A DNA stretch of 64,000 bases. Source: a virus (taxonomy: Duplodnaviria; Caudoviricetes). Below, one piece after another: positions 1-9,782 of the stretch (positions are counted from its first letter, which is position 1; the number at the start of each line of letters is the position of its first letter). The stretch is from IMG/VR virus record IMGVR_UViG_3300028048_001169, positions 64,001 through 128,000 of that record; one strand, 5' to 3'. The translations under genes and the position numbers were made by a program. The notes beneath the pieces are model-generated. The model was given only the letters and a program-made list of their open reading frames with translations. It made no database searches and was not told the origin of the DNA.

Positions 1-768
1 ATGGTATATTCAAAACTTGATATTACATTGGGATTGAATCTGCCTAGAATTATCTGCAGACAGTCTGTTAATGATTTCTTTGCTGATATATTGTATCAAG
101 ATCCTAGCAAGAACCATATGGCTGGTATTTGTTGTAGTTCTAAGACATGTCCTGAGAATTTTAATATGATGCAATTAGCTGCTTGTGATACATTACTCAA
201 AGCTAATACAGTAAACTTCTACAAGGACGATAACATTGATACAATATTATCATGTGTATCGGATTTGGATGCTATGGATAATGTACTATTAAAGTTATTC
301 AATGCTCATGCTAGAGCATCCGCTAATCCAAATGTAAAAGGTATGAAGAATCATCTTGGTTGGTGTCGTACAGTTAAGGATCTATTAGAGAATAATAACT
401 TTATGGCAGATTTCAATGAGATGATGGATATCACTGGTGTTGACTTTGATCTTACCAACTATTTAGATAAATCCGATACAGGTGTTGACAAATTAGCATA
501 CCCTGCATTGTTATTCTTAAATTCTGTACACAGAGTTAATGCAGTAGATTCCCGTGTAATTAAATTTGATTATTCAATTGACATGGGTAAGTTTGCTAAT
601 GATAACTATGTTTTCTGGAGAGATAATACAGATACAATCTATCTGATTGTATATTTAACTCAGGGTAAATTCCTTGAGGATGAGTTGAACGAAAAGATTA
701 ATCAACTTAGTATTACAGATAAACTTCAGTTATCATATTATAATAAATATGGTAAAAACGCAAAGTAA
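1..768 (+). CDS. hypothetical protein (may extend 5' of the window)
   Basis: 255-aa ORF with phage-typical codon usage; no motif recognised. Confidence 0.6.
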   Translation: MVYSKLDITLGLNLPRIICRQSVNDFFADILYQDPSKNHMAGICCSSKTCPENFNMMQLAACDTLLKANTVNFYKDDNIDTILSCVSDLDAMDNVLLKLFNAHARASANPNVKGMKNHLGWCRTVKDLLENNNFMADFNEMMDITGVDFDLTNYLDKSDTGVDKLAYPALLFLNSVHRVNAVDSRVIKFDYSIDMGKFANDNYVFWRDNTDTIYLIVYLTQGKFLEDELNEKINQLSITDKLQLSYYNKYGKNAK

Positions 769-780
769 AAATATTTTTAG

Positions 781-791
781 TCATATATTAT
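781..791 (+). promoter_or_regulatory. early-type phage promoter TCATATATTAT (within a 48-bp extended repeat, 760-807)
   Basis: Exact copy of a motif found 11 times upstream of + strand genes; resembles the TATATTA(C/T) early promoter core of phiKZ/AR9. Confidence 0.75.
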
Positions 792-984
792 AATTAGGAT
801 ATAAGAATAAGACACTGTTTGAAATATTGCAACAATAACCCAGATAATATAAATAATTAAACAATATGTACTCATTCAACTAAAAGTAATCTAGGAAGTG
901 TTATTGTTGATTTATATGGATACTAGTCTATTATTCTTTTATCATAGATACTATTTAATTTATTTTATTTAAGGAGGCCTAATT

Positions 985-1767
985 ATGGCAGAGAAGTTTA
1001 ATGGAGCAGGAGCTGCAGCTGAAGAGGTTACAAAAGAGGAAGAGTTCAAGATTGAAATCTTGGATCATGAAGATTTCACTCCAATCAGCGATGTAAAGTA
1101 TCTTAGCAGTACAGATTTCTGCAAGTCTGCATCAGCTCTCTTTAAGTCTGTATTTGCAGATTTCGAAGGTTGTGAGCTCAAGCCAGTTCAGGGTACAAAC
1201 AATATTATGCTTGCCCTGTACTTCAATCACAAGGACTATTCTGGTTCCGATATGCCAGTAGCTCTTAGTAAGGATGCAAACACAAGTAACTCTACAAATG
1301 AGACTCTTAGAAGTTTCAGAAATTTCCAGTCTCGTATCAACAATGGAGATCGTTACTATCTTACACCGGAAGCAAAGTCCTCTCTTGGAGATCTGTTAAT
1401 GAATATCAACGTTGTTAGAAATAAGAACAACAATGGTATTAACTGGGCTAAGGTTTCAACAGAGACAGCTGAACAGGCTAATACTTGGTCATTCAGCCCA
1501 ATGATGATTCAGTACACAGTAGTGAATTACATTGACCCAGCTAAGGTTGCAGGCCTTATCTATGGTAAGGAAGAAGATGAGAACAATAAGCCTAAGTGGG
1601 AGTACATGTTCAACATCATGCATTCTCTTCCAACCATCGATATTCAGCAGAGTAATAATCCAGCAAACTGGATGCTTCAGATTACTCGTGTAAGTGTTGA
1701 GGAGACATTCAAGCTTGCAGCTATGTATGGACTTTCTGTAAGAAATGGATTACATATCGTACGATAA
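985..1767 (+). CDS. hypothetical protein, probably highly expressed early protein
   Basis: AAGGAGG RBS, strong AAG/CAG/GAG codon bias, early promoter upstream. Confidence 0.8.
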   Translation: MAEKFNGAGAAAEEVTKEEEFKIEILDHEDFTPISDVKYLSSTDFCKSASALFKSVFADFEGCELKPVQGTNNIMLALYFNHKDYSGSDMPVALSKDANTSNSTNETLRSFRNFQSRINNGDRYYLTPEAKSSLGDLLMNINVVRNKNNNGINWAKVSTETAEQANTWSFSPMMIQYTVVNYIDPAKVAGLIYGKEEDENNKPKWEYMFNIMHSLPTIDIQQSNNPANWMLQITRVSVEETFKLAAMYGLSVRNGLHIVR

Positions 1768-1866
1768 GTAATTCTATCTTATAGATCTAGTTTACAATAC
1801 TTAAGGGGACATGGTGTAATATCCATGTCCTTTCTTAAGTATTATTTTTTTATTCAGGAGGCTAAC

Positions 1867-2313
1867 ATGGGAAATACTTCTAATTTTGGAGATCGTTCTC
1901 CAGTAACACCAAAGCAGTACGGCGATATCAATGCAATCTTTGATGAGAGAGGATCTCAGTTTCTTGCACTAAGAAAAATTCATTGGTGTAAGGAGGGATC
2001 AGAATCTTCTGAAGATCAGGCTCGTTTAGAGTTACGCAAATGGATGGTAACTCCTGATGGAGAAGAGAGAGCTAATAAAGGATTCTCATTCTTAACAGAC
2101 GAAGGTCCTCATGAATTAGCAAAAGTATTAGTTCATGAAGGATTTGGTCATACAAAAGATCTATTAAGAGAACTTCGTACTCGTAATGATTTTGCTGAAT
2201 CCGTTCAGACAATCAACGAAGATGAAGATCTTTCTGATGGAGAATACTTTGATATGAGAGAATTAATGGATAGTACTATTGATGATGTTGAGGATGAGGC
2301 TGATGCTTCATAG
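1867..2313 (+). CDS. PC4/YdbC-like ssDNA-binding protein with acidic tail
   Basis: LALRKIHW...ARLELRKW...ERANKGFSFLTDE matches the PC4/YdbC pattern; acidic C-terminus; start moved to the ATG after the GGAGG RBS. Confidence 0.65.
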   Translation: MGNTSNFGDRSPVTPKQYGDINAIFDERGSQFLALRKIHWCKEGSESSEDQARLELRKWMVTPDGEERANKGFSFLTDEGPHELAKVLVHEGFGHTKDLLRELRTRNDFAESVQTINEDEDLSDGEYFDMRELMDSTIDDVEDEADAS

Positions 2314-3382
2314 TGTTACTGTTGAGGAAATACTAACTCGATACTATGTAAGGTATGAACGATTAGATCAATTAATTCCATATGCGTTTGAAGGATCAAA
2401 ATCAAATGAATTGGATTTATATATTGATTTATATGGATTGTATCATACTTTATATTCTAGATCATATGCTACGGTGATTAATGACTATACAGCATTTACA
2501 TCGTTCTTGATCAACATGTGTGCTCATTATCGATCTTATTTTAAATATCAAGGAGTATATACTCATATATACTTGATATCTTCTTTTAATATACCAGATG
2601 AGACTAGAGTCAATCTCCCTGAGTATAATAAAGATATGATTGATAAATTGAGTAATAAACAGGTATCTGATATGATGAATCTCAATCTAGAGATTTTAGA
2701 TTTATTGGTACCATATCTGCCAAATATTTATTTTGTAAAGACAAAGTATGAATCATCTGTTGCAATGTATCATTTAATGCAAACGAGAAAAGATGCTGTC
2801 AGTGCGAGAAGAAAATCTATACCATCTCTCATTATATCCACAGATGAGTATCCGATTCAACTTTGTTCTTTGGTAGATGATGTTGCATTCCTGTGGCCAA
2901 GAAAATATCGTGGTGAAGACATTAGTGTCATATGTCCTCCTAGAGGGCATTCTCAGCACCGAAATGACTTTTGGAGTGTAATTACACGTAAAAACTCAAA
3001 TTCCGTCTCATTTGAAAAGGTAGGTACGCTCAGCACCTCAAATCTCGCACTCGTAGAAGCTCTTAATAAGTTTTCTGCACGCGATTTAAAAGTTATATAC
3101 AATATAACGACTACTTCAAAGATGATTCGTGAATTAAATGGAGTTGATATTGAGTTAGTTCCAGATATTGTATTTAAAGCGTATAGTAAAATACCAGAAG
3201 ATCGATATTCTATTATACAAAAACGTTACAATGCACTGTCCATTCCATATCAGTATATTTTCTATTCAGAAAGTACAGAACCAAAAATATTGAAATTGGA
3301 TAATCTAGAAGATCCAGATGCAATTCATATGATCAATGATCAATACTTTAGAGATAATCCAATTGATGTATTTAGACTTTAA
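2303..3382 (+). CDS. FEN/PIN-fold 5'-3' nuclease-like protein (degenerate active site)
   Basis: N-terminal LYIDLYGL, KYESSVA (EADD-like) and LIISTDEYPIQL (IISxDxDxxQL-like) motifs. Confidence 0.45.
   Translation: MLHSVTVEEILTRYYVRYERLDQLIPYAFEGSKSNELDLYIDLYGLYHTLYSRSYATVINDYTAFTSFLINMCAHYRSYFKYQGVYTHIYLISSFNIPDETRVNLPEYNKDMIDKLSNKQVSDMMNLNLEILDLLVPYLPNIYFVKTKYESSVAMYHLMQTRKDAVSARRKSIPSLIISTDEYPIQLCSLVDDVAFLWPRKYRGEDISVICPPRGHSQHRNDFWSVITRKNSNSVSFEKVGTLSTSNLALVEALNKFSARDLKVIYNITTTSKMIRELNGVDIELVPDIVFKAYSKIPEDRYSIIQKRYNALSIPYQYIFYSESTEPKILKLDNLEDPDAIHMINDQYFRDNPIDVFRL
2946..3016. repeat. dyad-symmetric site, copy 1 (core GTGTAATTACAC at 2976-2987)
   Basis: Palindromic core followed after 16 nt by CGTCTCATTTG; same geometry as the copies near 22500 and 55165. 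Confidence 0.6.
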
Positions 3383-3386
3383 TTAG

Positions 3387-3426
3387 TGTAGTGGGGCGAA
3401 TAATGCTCCGCTACATTTATTTTTTT
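3387..3426 (+). terminator. intrinsic terminator
   Basis: TGTAGTGGGGC/GCTCCGCTACA hairpin followed by a T-tract. Confidence 0.8.
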
Positions 3427-3489
3427 GTTAGCTTACAGGAAATTATTAATCCAATTCATAATCATATAATCAAATAAAATCCGTTTGAA

Positions 3490-3500
3490 TCATATATTAT
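3490..3500 (+). promoter_or_regulatory. early-type promoter TCATATATTAT
   Basis: Exact motif upstream of 3555. Confidence 0.75.
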
Positions 3501-3520
3501 AAATATATACAGAAACAGAA

Positions 3521-3531
3521 ACATAATCATA
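3521..3531 (+). promoter_or_regulatory. late/middle-type promoter ACAT-N5-TA
   Basis: (A)ACATaatcaTA upstream of 3555. Confidence 0.5.
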
Positions 3532-3554
3532 CAAATAAAGTTGAGGAGGCAAAC

Positions 3555-4226
3555 ATGAAACAATCACCTAGAAGTCCATTTGTATTTACAGATTATGATA
3601 AGATTAGTGATACATTACTGTGGATGAATACAGCAAAATTAGAATTCTTTGTCAAGTTATCTCGCAAAGATAAATTAGGTAATGTAAGATCTTATCATAG
3701 TGAGTATGGATATTATAGTGAATCTTTAGGTAAGAAAGCTTATAATATCTATAGAGATTATAGTATGGGATATGTAATCAATTGTGGAAGTTATGAGCAT
3801 AATGTAACATTGAGAACTAATGATATTATGATGCTACAATTGGTTTTAAAGAATGCAATACTTCCGTGGTTTAATGGTCCTAGTTCTATTTTTGGAGTAA
3901 ATAAGAGTAATAAGTTATGTATAAAAGGAAAATATCAACCAGTACATTTCCCAATATCACAAAATGAATATATTGAATTTACTCCAATTGTAATGGAATT
4001 TGAAAATGGAGATGCAGTTCCTGGTATACGATTTGAAGTCAATACACCAGATAATTTCTTTGATATCACAGTAGATAATTTCTTAAGTTTTGCATATATT
4101 ATCACACATAGCGATATGGTAAATATGGCTATGAGTATGCTAAATTATGTAAAGACAAAACCATATAACGTTGGATTATATGATAAAACAGATGATGGTA
4201 AAAACAAGGGTTTCTTTAATAACTAA
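3555..4226 (+). CDS. hypothetical protein
   Basis: GAGGAGG RBS; 223-aa ORF. Confidence 0.75.
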   Translation: MKQSPRSPFVFTDYDKISDTLLWMNTAKLEFFVKLSRKDKLGNVRSYHSEYGYYSESLGKKAYNIYRDYSMGYVINCGSYEHNVTLRTNDIMMLQLVLKNAILPWFNGPSSIFGVNKSNKLCIKGKYQPVHFPISQNEYIEFTPIVMEFENGDAVPGIRFEVNTPDNFFDITVDNFLSFAYIITHSDMVNMAMSMLNYVKTKPYNVGLYDKTDDGKNKGFFNN

Positions 4227-4237
4227 ACATTTCTATA
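4227..4237 (+). promoter_or_regulatory. late/middle-type promoter ACAT-N5-TA
   Basis: (A)ACATttctaTA upstream of 4272. Confidence 0.55.
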
Positions 4238-4271
4238 ATTACTCGAGAATATTATAAGGAGGATTATATTT

Positions 4272-4580
4272 ATGCGTAGTCAATTACCACAGTATTTACA
4301 GGACTTAAAGAATAAACCATTACCAGAATCTGAGAAGGATCTTAAGAGAGAAATTAAGGAATGTAATAAAAAGATCTCTGAAGAAGGTTTAGAGTTGAAT
4401 GAAGTTGAAGTCCAGCTTTACTATGATCGTATTTCTCATTGTGAGACTAAGCTTGCTGAGTTAGCTAAGAATAAGATCAAGGTTACACCAGTTCTTGGAA
4501 CTACTACAATTGCTGAGTCAAGGAAGAATCGTAAGTCTAGTACTTCATATATGAGTGATAGTTCATTCAGAATATTCTAG
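4272..4580 (+). CDS. hypothetical protein
   Basis: AAGGAGG RBS; 102 aa. Confidence 0.75.
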   Translation: MRSQLPQYLQDLKNKPLPESEKDLKREIKECNKKISEEGLELNEVEVQLYYDRISHCETKLAELAKNKIKVTPVLGTTTIAESRKNRKSSTSYMSDSSFRIF

Positions 4581-4591
4581 ATAATAATAAG

Positions 4592-4623
4592 AGTGGAGAG
4601 CCATAACGGTTCCCCACTTTTTT
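4592..4623. terminator. terminator between convergent genes
   Basis: AGTGGAGAGCC/GGTTCCCCACT hairpin plus T-tract. Confidence 0.65.
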
Positions 4624-4629
4624 AATGTC

Positions 4630-5682
4630 TTAATATTCCTTCGTGGTCTTATCATTGATTACGATCAATTTATAAGTTTCATTCAGGTTTACATTTTTTG
4701 CAATACCATGCTTCATATCCAGTGTTGTATCTTCCATGAACATCTGATCATGAGCCTGAGCACCCGGAATAGGCTGCATTGTTTTGATATTCATAATCTG
4801 GAACCATTTAGCACCAGTTGATGCATCGAATACAACACACTCCTGAATATCTGGATTGCGCTCATACATCATATTCATCATGTTTGTTGGCATATTAGCC
4901 ATGTAGTTAGCGTAATTCTGATCCATAGATGGAGCATTAGGATCATCAGCACGAACAATATTTGGTGTAGATGTAGGCTGTGTAACCTGCATTGGATTTG
5001 TTTGTCCAATAGCTGTAGGATTCTGCATAATATTACGATAAAGATCCATAACAATCTTTTCATCGTGTGCACTATTACCTTCAGCTTCCTTACGATCTTT
5101 TGCTCTCTTGTAATCCATATCATTTGATTTGGTAATACAGTTATTGAGTTCTTTGATCGCACCTATCTTAGCTTGTAAAAGATCAGATAAGTTACCTGTT
5201 AATCCAACCATAACATTATACTTGGACTTCATTGTTCTGGAAGAACGTACATTATCCAATTCTGTCTTAATTTCATTAGCTACCATGTCAATCTGACCCA
5301 TAGCTCCTTTGAGCATATTGGCAGTTTCGGAATAAGTATTAATTGTAGAAGTTTCTTCTACTGTACCTTCTGCACGGATAATATTAGAAGATTCCTCCTT
5401 CTTTCTAGGAGTTCTCTTCTTACGTTCTGTTTTTACCACTGGTTTAGTTTCATCGATGTTGATCGTCATTTTCTTCTTATCAGAAATACTATCATCTTCA
5501 GATGTAAAATGGAAACCACCTACTTCAATTGAAATCTCTGGTTCTTGATATTGTGGTTGAACTTGAGGCTGTGGTGCTGGCTGTGGTTGAGGTGCTACTT
5601 GTTGTTGTGGATATGCTTGTCGATTTGCACTGTATCCATTTGGTACCATAGGACTATTTGCATAGTCAAAACCCATAGGCAT
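4630..5682 (-). CDS. hypothetical protein (Q/P-rich N-terminus, central coiled coil)
   Basis: AAGGAGG RBS on the minus strand; ACAT-N5-TA promoter at 5713-5723. Confidence 0.8.
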   Translation of the reverse strand: MPMGFDYANSPMVPNGYSANRQAYPQQQVAPQPQPAPQPQVQPQYQEPEISIEVGGFHFTSEDDSISDKKKMTINIDETKPVVKTERKKRTPRKKEESSNIIRAEGTVEETSTINTYSETANMLKGAMGQIDMVANEIKTELDNVRSSRTMKSKYNVMVGLTGNLSDLLQAKIGAIKELNNCITKSNDMDYKRAKDRKEAEGNSAHDEKIVMDLYRNIMQNPTAIGQTNPMQVTQPTSTPNIVRADDPNAPSMDQNYANYMANMPTNMMNMMYERNPDIQECVVFDASTGAKWFQIMNIKTMQPIPGAQAHDQMFMEDTTLDMKHGIAKNVNLNETYKLIVINDKTTKEY

Positions 5683-5712
5683 AATTGTTTCCTCCTTTCA
5701 ATATAGGGAAAT

Positions 5713-5723
5713 TATTAATATGT
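5713..5723 (-). promoter_or_regulatory. late/middle-type promoter ACAT-N5-TA
   Basis: ACATattaaTA on the minus strand, divergent from the copy at 5753. Confidence 0.55.
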
Positions 5724-5752
5724 AACGCTTTTACAATTCTATTATGAAATTC

Positions 5753-5763
5753 ACATTCAGTTA
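5753..5763 (+). promoter_or_regulatory. late/middle-type promoter ACAT-N5-TA
   Basis: ACATtcagtTA upstream of the DNA polymerase gene. Confidence 0.55.
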
Positions 5764-5794
5764 AACGATAATTTATATAGAGGAGTAATCTACT

Positions 5795-8095
5795 ATGTTA
5801 GAGAAGTTATTTAAGAAGGTTCCAATCGGATCTGATATTACTCTTATGAACGTCCAGTATCAGCGACGTAGAAAAGATGAAGAAACAGAACGTTGGTTAC
5901 CGGATTTCATTGCTATTACGTATAAAGATAATACGAATGGTAAAAAAGATCATGTTATTATTAAGAATCCAAAATACACATTTGCTGTAGTTAAACCAGC
6001 TGTTTGGGAAAAATGGGTAGCTCTGGCAAAGAAACGTGGTACTAGAATTCATTCTAGATTATTTGTAACGAAAGATAAAATAGATTTTATAGAAGTACCA
6101 TATCATGATCTGGAAAAAACAATGGCTCAATTAGCTGGTTGGGAAGATGAATATAAAGAAGTAAAAATGTCTTATGATAGGACATTAATGAATCAGTTCA
6201 AAAAGAAATTATATTCATGCCCAATGTTTTTAAATTCTGATCAATCAATTGAAGATCATTATCGATTTGAATTTAATAAATTCTATGGAGCTGAGGTTAA
6301 AGGAAAGTTATCTAAGTCCTTTTATGATATAGAGGTAGATAATAAGTATCTTTTATCATCAGAATTTCCTGAGCCAGAATTAGCAGAATGTCCTGTTAAT
6401 GCAATATCATTTTTGGATGAGCTACATAATAAGGTATATACGTTCTTATTACGAGATACAAATAATCCTAAGATTGACCCATTGATTACAAAGTATCAAC
6501 AGGGTATATTTAATCGAGATTATATTTACAATTTCGTTACACAAGCCGTTGGTGGTTGGAAACAGATGGAACGAAATGGATTAAAAGATATTGATTTCGA
6601 ATTATATTGGTTCGATGAAGAGATTAATCTATTAAAATCGTTCTTCGCTACAGTAATAAAATTAGATCCTGATTTTATTGTTGGTTGGAACGGAAGCGCA
6701 TTCGATTTTAATTACTTAACACATCGAATTCGTAACTTAGGATATGATCCTAGAGATATCATCTGTGATCCTAATTGGGAAACGCAATTTGTTGATCATT
6801 ATGTAGATACAAGAAATATCAATGATTATGCAGAGCGTGGTGATTATACAAAGATATCATCTAATACAGTATGGTTAGATCAAATGATTCAGTTCTGTTC
6901 TAGAAGAAAATCTCAGATGGGTCACTTTACATCATTTAAATTAGACGATATTGCTTGGGGTACTGCAAAGGTGCATAAGTTAGACTATTCTGATATTACA
7001 ACAGATATTGCAGAATTACCATATCTTGATTATGAAACTTTTGTTTTATATAATATCATGGATGTCATTAACCAGAAATGTATTGAATATCATACTGGTG
7101 ATATTGATTATATATTTACAAAGTGTTTGACGAATTGTGTTAATTATGCAAAAGGTCATAGACAAACAGTGTATTTGATTGATCGATTCACAAAAGAATG
7201 GGATGCAATGGGTTTAGTTATTGGTAATAATATCAATCGTTGGAATAAGAAGCCAGAGAAATATCAGGGTGCTCTTGTAGAGAATCCATTAACTGTATCT
7301 GATTATTCCAAGAAAAAGATTAATAAAGAGATTGCTATCATGGTAATTGATAATTCGATTGATAATGATTTCAAATCTCTATATCCTTCTATTGATATTG
7401 AGAATAATATTGCACCTCATACACAGTATGGTAGAATTGATATCTGTAATTATTGGAAAGCTCAGTATACAGATCCTATGTTGAATGATACATATACAGT
7501 CTATGTAAAGGATCCAGGTGTTGCTTATGAGTATCCAATGACAGAGGTTGATAAGAAACGAGTTCCTAAGAAGGTAGAACTATATCTTGATAAGAACTTT
7601 ACTCAACCATTGTATACTGATCCTGAAACCGGTGATGTTGTTCCGGTACCATATGATGAAAAACAGTTCAAGACATTAGAGTATGAGAAGTTTTATCCTG
7701 AAGAAAATCCATACGGTAATGATAAATATTCTAGAGGAGGAGATTTCGCAGAAGATCTCGTAACGGATAATTATATTACATTTACACATCGTTGGTTCAA
7801 GTTAGCAACGTTTATGGAATTCTTAGAAGATTTCTTCGAATATCAAACAAAGTATCTTAGAAGTTTCTCTCGTGATGGCAAACATTATGATAGATTCTAT
7901 TATGATGAAGAACAAGATCGTGTATTTGAGATTCCATTCAGAGATATCAGTACAACTCATGTTATTAGCCCATTTAAGAAAGTAGATGGAGCTAGCAAAC
8001 CATTATTCAAATATAAAGATAGAAAACATAGTGAGGTAAACTTAGATGAATACAATCCAGCAAGATTTAATGGAGTATTTAGTGACGATAATTAA
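5795..8095 (+). CDS. split family-B DNA polymerase subunit (3'-5' exonuclease plus palm motif A)
   Basis: ExoI FYDIEVD, ExoII DFIVGWNGSAFDFNYL, ExoIII YNIMDV, YQGALVENP, motif A DFKSLYPS; no KxxxNSxYG or YGDTDS. Confidence 0.9.
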   Translation: MLEKLFKKVPIGSDITLMNVQYQRRRKDEETERWLPDFIAITYKDNTNGKKDHVIIKNPKYTFAVVKPAVWEKWVALAKKRGTRIHSRLFVTKDKIDFIEVPYHDLEKTMAQLAGWEDEYKEVKMSYDRTLMNQFKKKLYSCPMFLNSDQSIEDHYRFEFNKFYGAEVKGKLSKSFYDIEVDNKYLLSSEFPEPELAECPVNAISFLDELHNKVYTFLLRDTNNPKIDPLITKYQQGIFNRDYIYNFVTQAVGGWKQMERNGLKDIDFELYWFDEEINLLKSFFATVIKLDPDFIVGWNGSAFDFNYLTHRIRNLGYDPRDIICDPNWETQFVDHYVDTRNINDYAERGDYTKISSNTVWLDQMIQFCSRRKSQMGHFTSFKLDDIAWGTAKVHKLDYSDITTDIAELPYLDYETFVLYNIMDVINQKCIEYHTGDIDYIFTKCLTNCVNYAKGHRQTVYLIDRFTKEWDAMGLVIGNNINRWNKKPEKYQGALVENPLTVSDYSKKKINKEIAIMVIDNSIDNDFKSLYPSIDIENNIAPHTQYGRIDICNYWKAQYTDPMLNDTYTVYVKDPGVAYEYPMTEVDKKRVPKKVELYLDKNFTQPLYTDPETGDVVPVPYDEKQFKTLEYEKFYPEENPYGNDKYSRGGDFAEDLVTDNYITFTHRWFKLATFMEFLEDFFEYQTKYLRSFSRDGKHYDRFYYDEEQDRVFEIPFRDISTTHVISPFKKVDGASKPLFKYKDRKHSEVNLDEYNPARFNGVFSDDN

Positions 8096-8627
8096 ATCTA
8101 TGCTCAGAAGTACCTATTACTTTGAGGCTGCTATTTTTAATGGTAGCCTTATTGTAATTTCTGATCATACCATTATGTATACGATTGATTTACATGAATC
8201 AATTGATCCAAACATTAAGTATGCATTCTATGGTACTATCAATAATATCGAAACGGTTAACAATCAAGCAATATATCAAAACGTAATGCAAAAGTTTCAA
8301 GAGATTATGATCTTGAATCAATATAACGTTATATATGAGAATGAAAATCTCAGAGATGACGAAAAGTTTGAAGCATTACTTGGTAGAAAAGCAGATGCAG
8401 GTGCAGGATTCTATTTTATGCACGCTGAGAATTGTACTCCTTTTATACCAGTATTTGCTGGCTTTCCTGTATTATCTGCTCAAGATACAGCAGGTATCGA
8501 ATTACATGATATAGGTAACCATGTTATATTAGTTCATATGAAGATATATAAAAAGAAATTAAAAGCATACTATGATATGTTTTATAAAATCATCGATGTT
8601 AATCGTCCATTATATGAAAAACCATAG
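8046..8627 (+). CDS. hypothetical protein overlapping the polymerase 3' end
   Basis: 193 aa; GAGG RBS inside the polymerase gene. Confidence 0.7.
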   Translation: MNTIQQDLMEYLVTIIKSMLRSTYYFEAAIFNGSLIVISDHTIMYTIDLHESIDPNIKYAFYGTINNIETVNNQAIYQNVMQKFQEIMILNQYNVIYENENLRDDEKFEALLGRKADAGAGFYFMHAENCTPFIPVFAGFPVLSAQDTAGIELHDIGNHVILVHMKIYKKKLKAYYDMFYKIIDVNRPLYEKP

Positions 8628-8636
8628 GGGGTAGTT

Positions 8637-9497
8637 ATGATTCGATTAGTAAACGAAAAAAAGGCTTTTGCTAATAATAAACAACATCTTTTATCTTCTA
8701 CGCATTATCCTAAACAGGATACTCGTTATGTAGGAAAGTATACAACCATTCGATTCAAGGATCAAAGAATTCATAATTCCGTCTACGATCGTTTTATCGT
8801 ACCATGTGATTATAAACCATATGGTTTTGATGAAGATAAAGAGTTATTTGTAAAACACAGCATTTTCTTCGAAGTAATGCGTTTTGATATGGAAGAACCA
8901 TTTCGAGCTATATTAATGGATGATGATGGTAGAATCATTGTAACAACAACAGAATTACTGAAGTCGTTGTTATATATTGATCTACCATTCTGTGATAGTA
9001 ATAAAAGCCGTGCGAATATCTTAGACTTAGAATATGTAGAGTTTAGTGATAGACTATCTCCAACTGAAGATAATAAACAAGCTTTCTTTGATTCTTATAT
9101 GAAAGAGACAATTCATCAATATCCAATACAGAATATGGAAGAATTCGGTAAGGAAGCATATATCGAATATCCTACAGAAATGACATTGGATAAAAAAGAT
9201 ACATACTCTTATAAGAATGATTATACGTTTACAGAGGAAATGAAGGAGAATCTTCATAAAGGAGATATTGTTACGAAGACATATCCAGATGAAATTCTCC
9301 AGAGTTATCCAACTTATTATAATCCTTATAGTAAGTCACAGACAAATGATATTCACCGATCTACCGAAAGAGGTACTATTATCCGTTCTGATATTAACGA
9401 AGCTGAGGGCTATGTAGTCGTTGCTGTAACTGACGGAGATACATATAAATTTATATGTCAGGATGAAGCTAGGATCTTCTATAATACGGAGAAATAA
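8637..9497 (+). CDS. hypothetical protein
   Basis: 286-aa ORF with GGGGG RBS. Confidence 0.7.
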   Translation: MIRLVNEKKAFANNKQHLLSSTHYPKQDTRYVGKYTTIRFKDQRIHNSVYDRFIVPCDYKPYGFDEDKELFVKHSIFFEVMRFDMEEPFRAILMDDDGRIIVTTTELLKSLLYIDLPFCDSNKSRANILDLEYVEFSDRLSPTEDNKQAFFDSYMKETIHQYPIQNMEEFGKEAYIEYPTEMTLDKKDTYSYKNDYTFTEEMKENLHKGDIVTKTYPDEILQSYPTYYNPYSKSQTNDIHRSTERGTIIRSDINEAEGYVVVAVTDGDTYKFICQDEARIFYNTEK

Positions 9498-9505
9498 TTA
9501 ACCAG

Positions 9506-9782
9506 AAAACAATAAAGAAAGGAAACATTAAAAATGCCTAGAAAATTTGAGAAAGTATCAGGACAGGTAATAGGAGAATGAGTGATAAAAATGTTAATCA
9601 GAAACAAGAAACAAGGCTGAGTAATGACCAATTGTGGGATAAAGCAGCCACAAGTGAACCAATTACAAGAGCAGATTTAGGTCTGATGACGACAGATACT
9701 TACGGAGGCTTACAAAATTTGAACGAAGGTTTCAATGTGTTCTTCGTGAGAAATATAATAAAAACAATAAAGAAAGGAAACA
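9506..9782 (+). repeat. 22-bp perfect direct repeat (9506-9527 and 9761-9782) containing an RBS
   Basis: AAAACAATAAAGAAAGGAAACA occurs twice, each time just before an ATG. Confidence 0.85.
9534..9581 (+). pseudogene. 15-aa gene remnant MPRKFEKVSGQVIGE, possibly the N-terminus of a deleted dUTPase
   Basis: Good RBS; RKFEKVS resembles Firmicute dUTPase N-termini; ATGA overlap with 9578. Confidence 0.25.
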
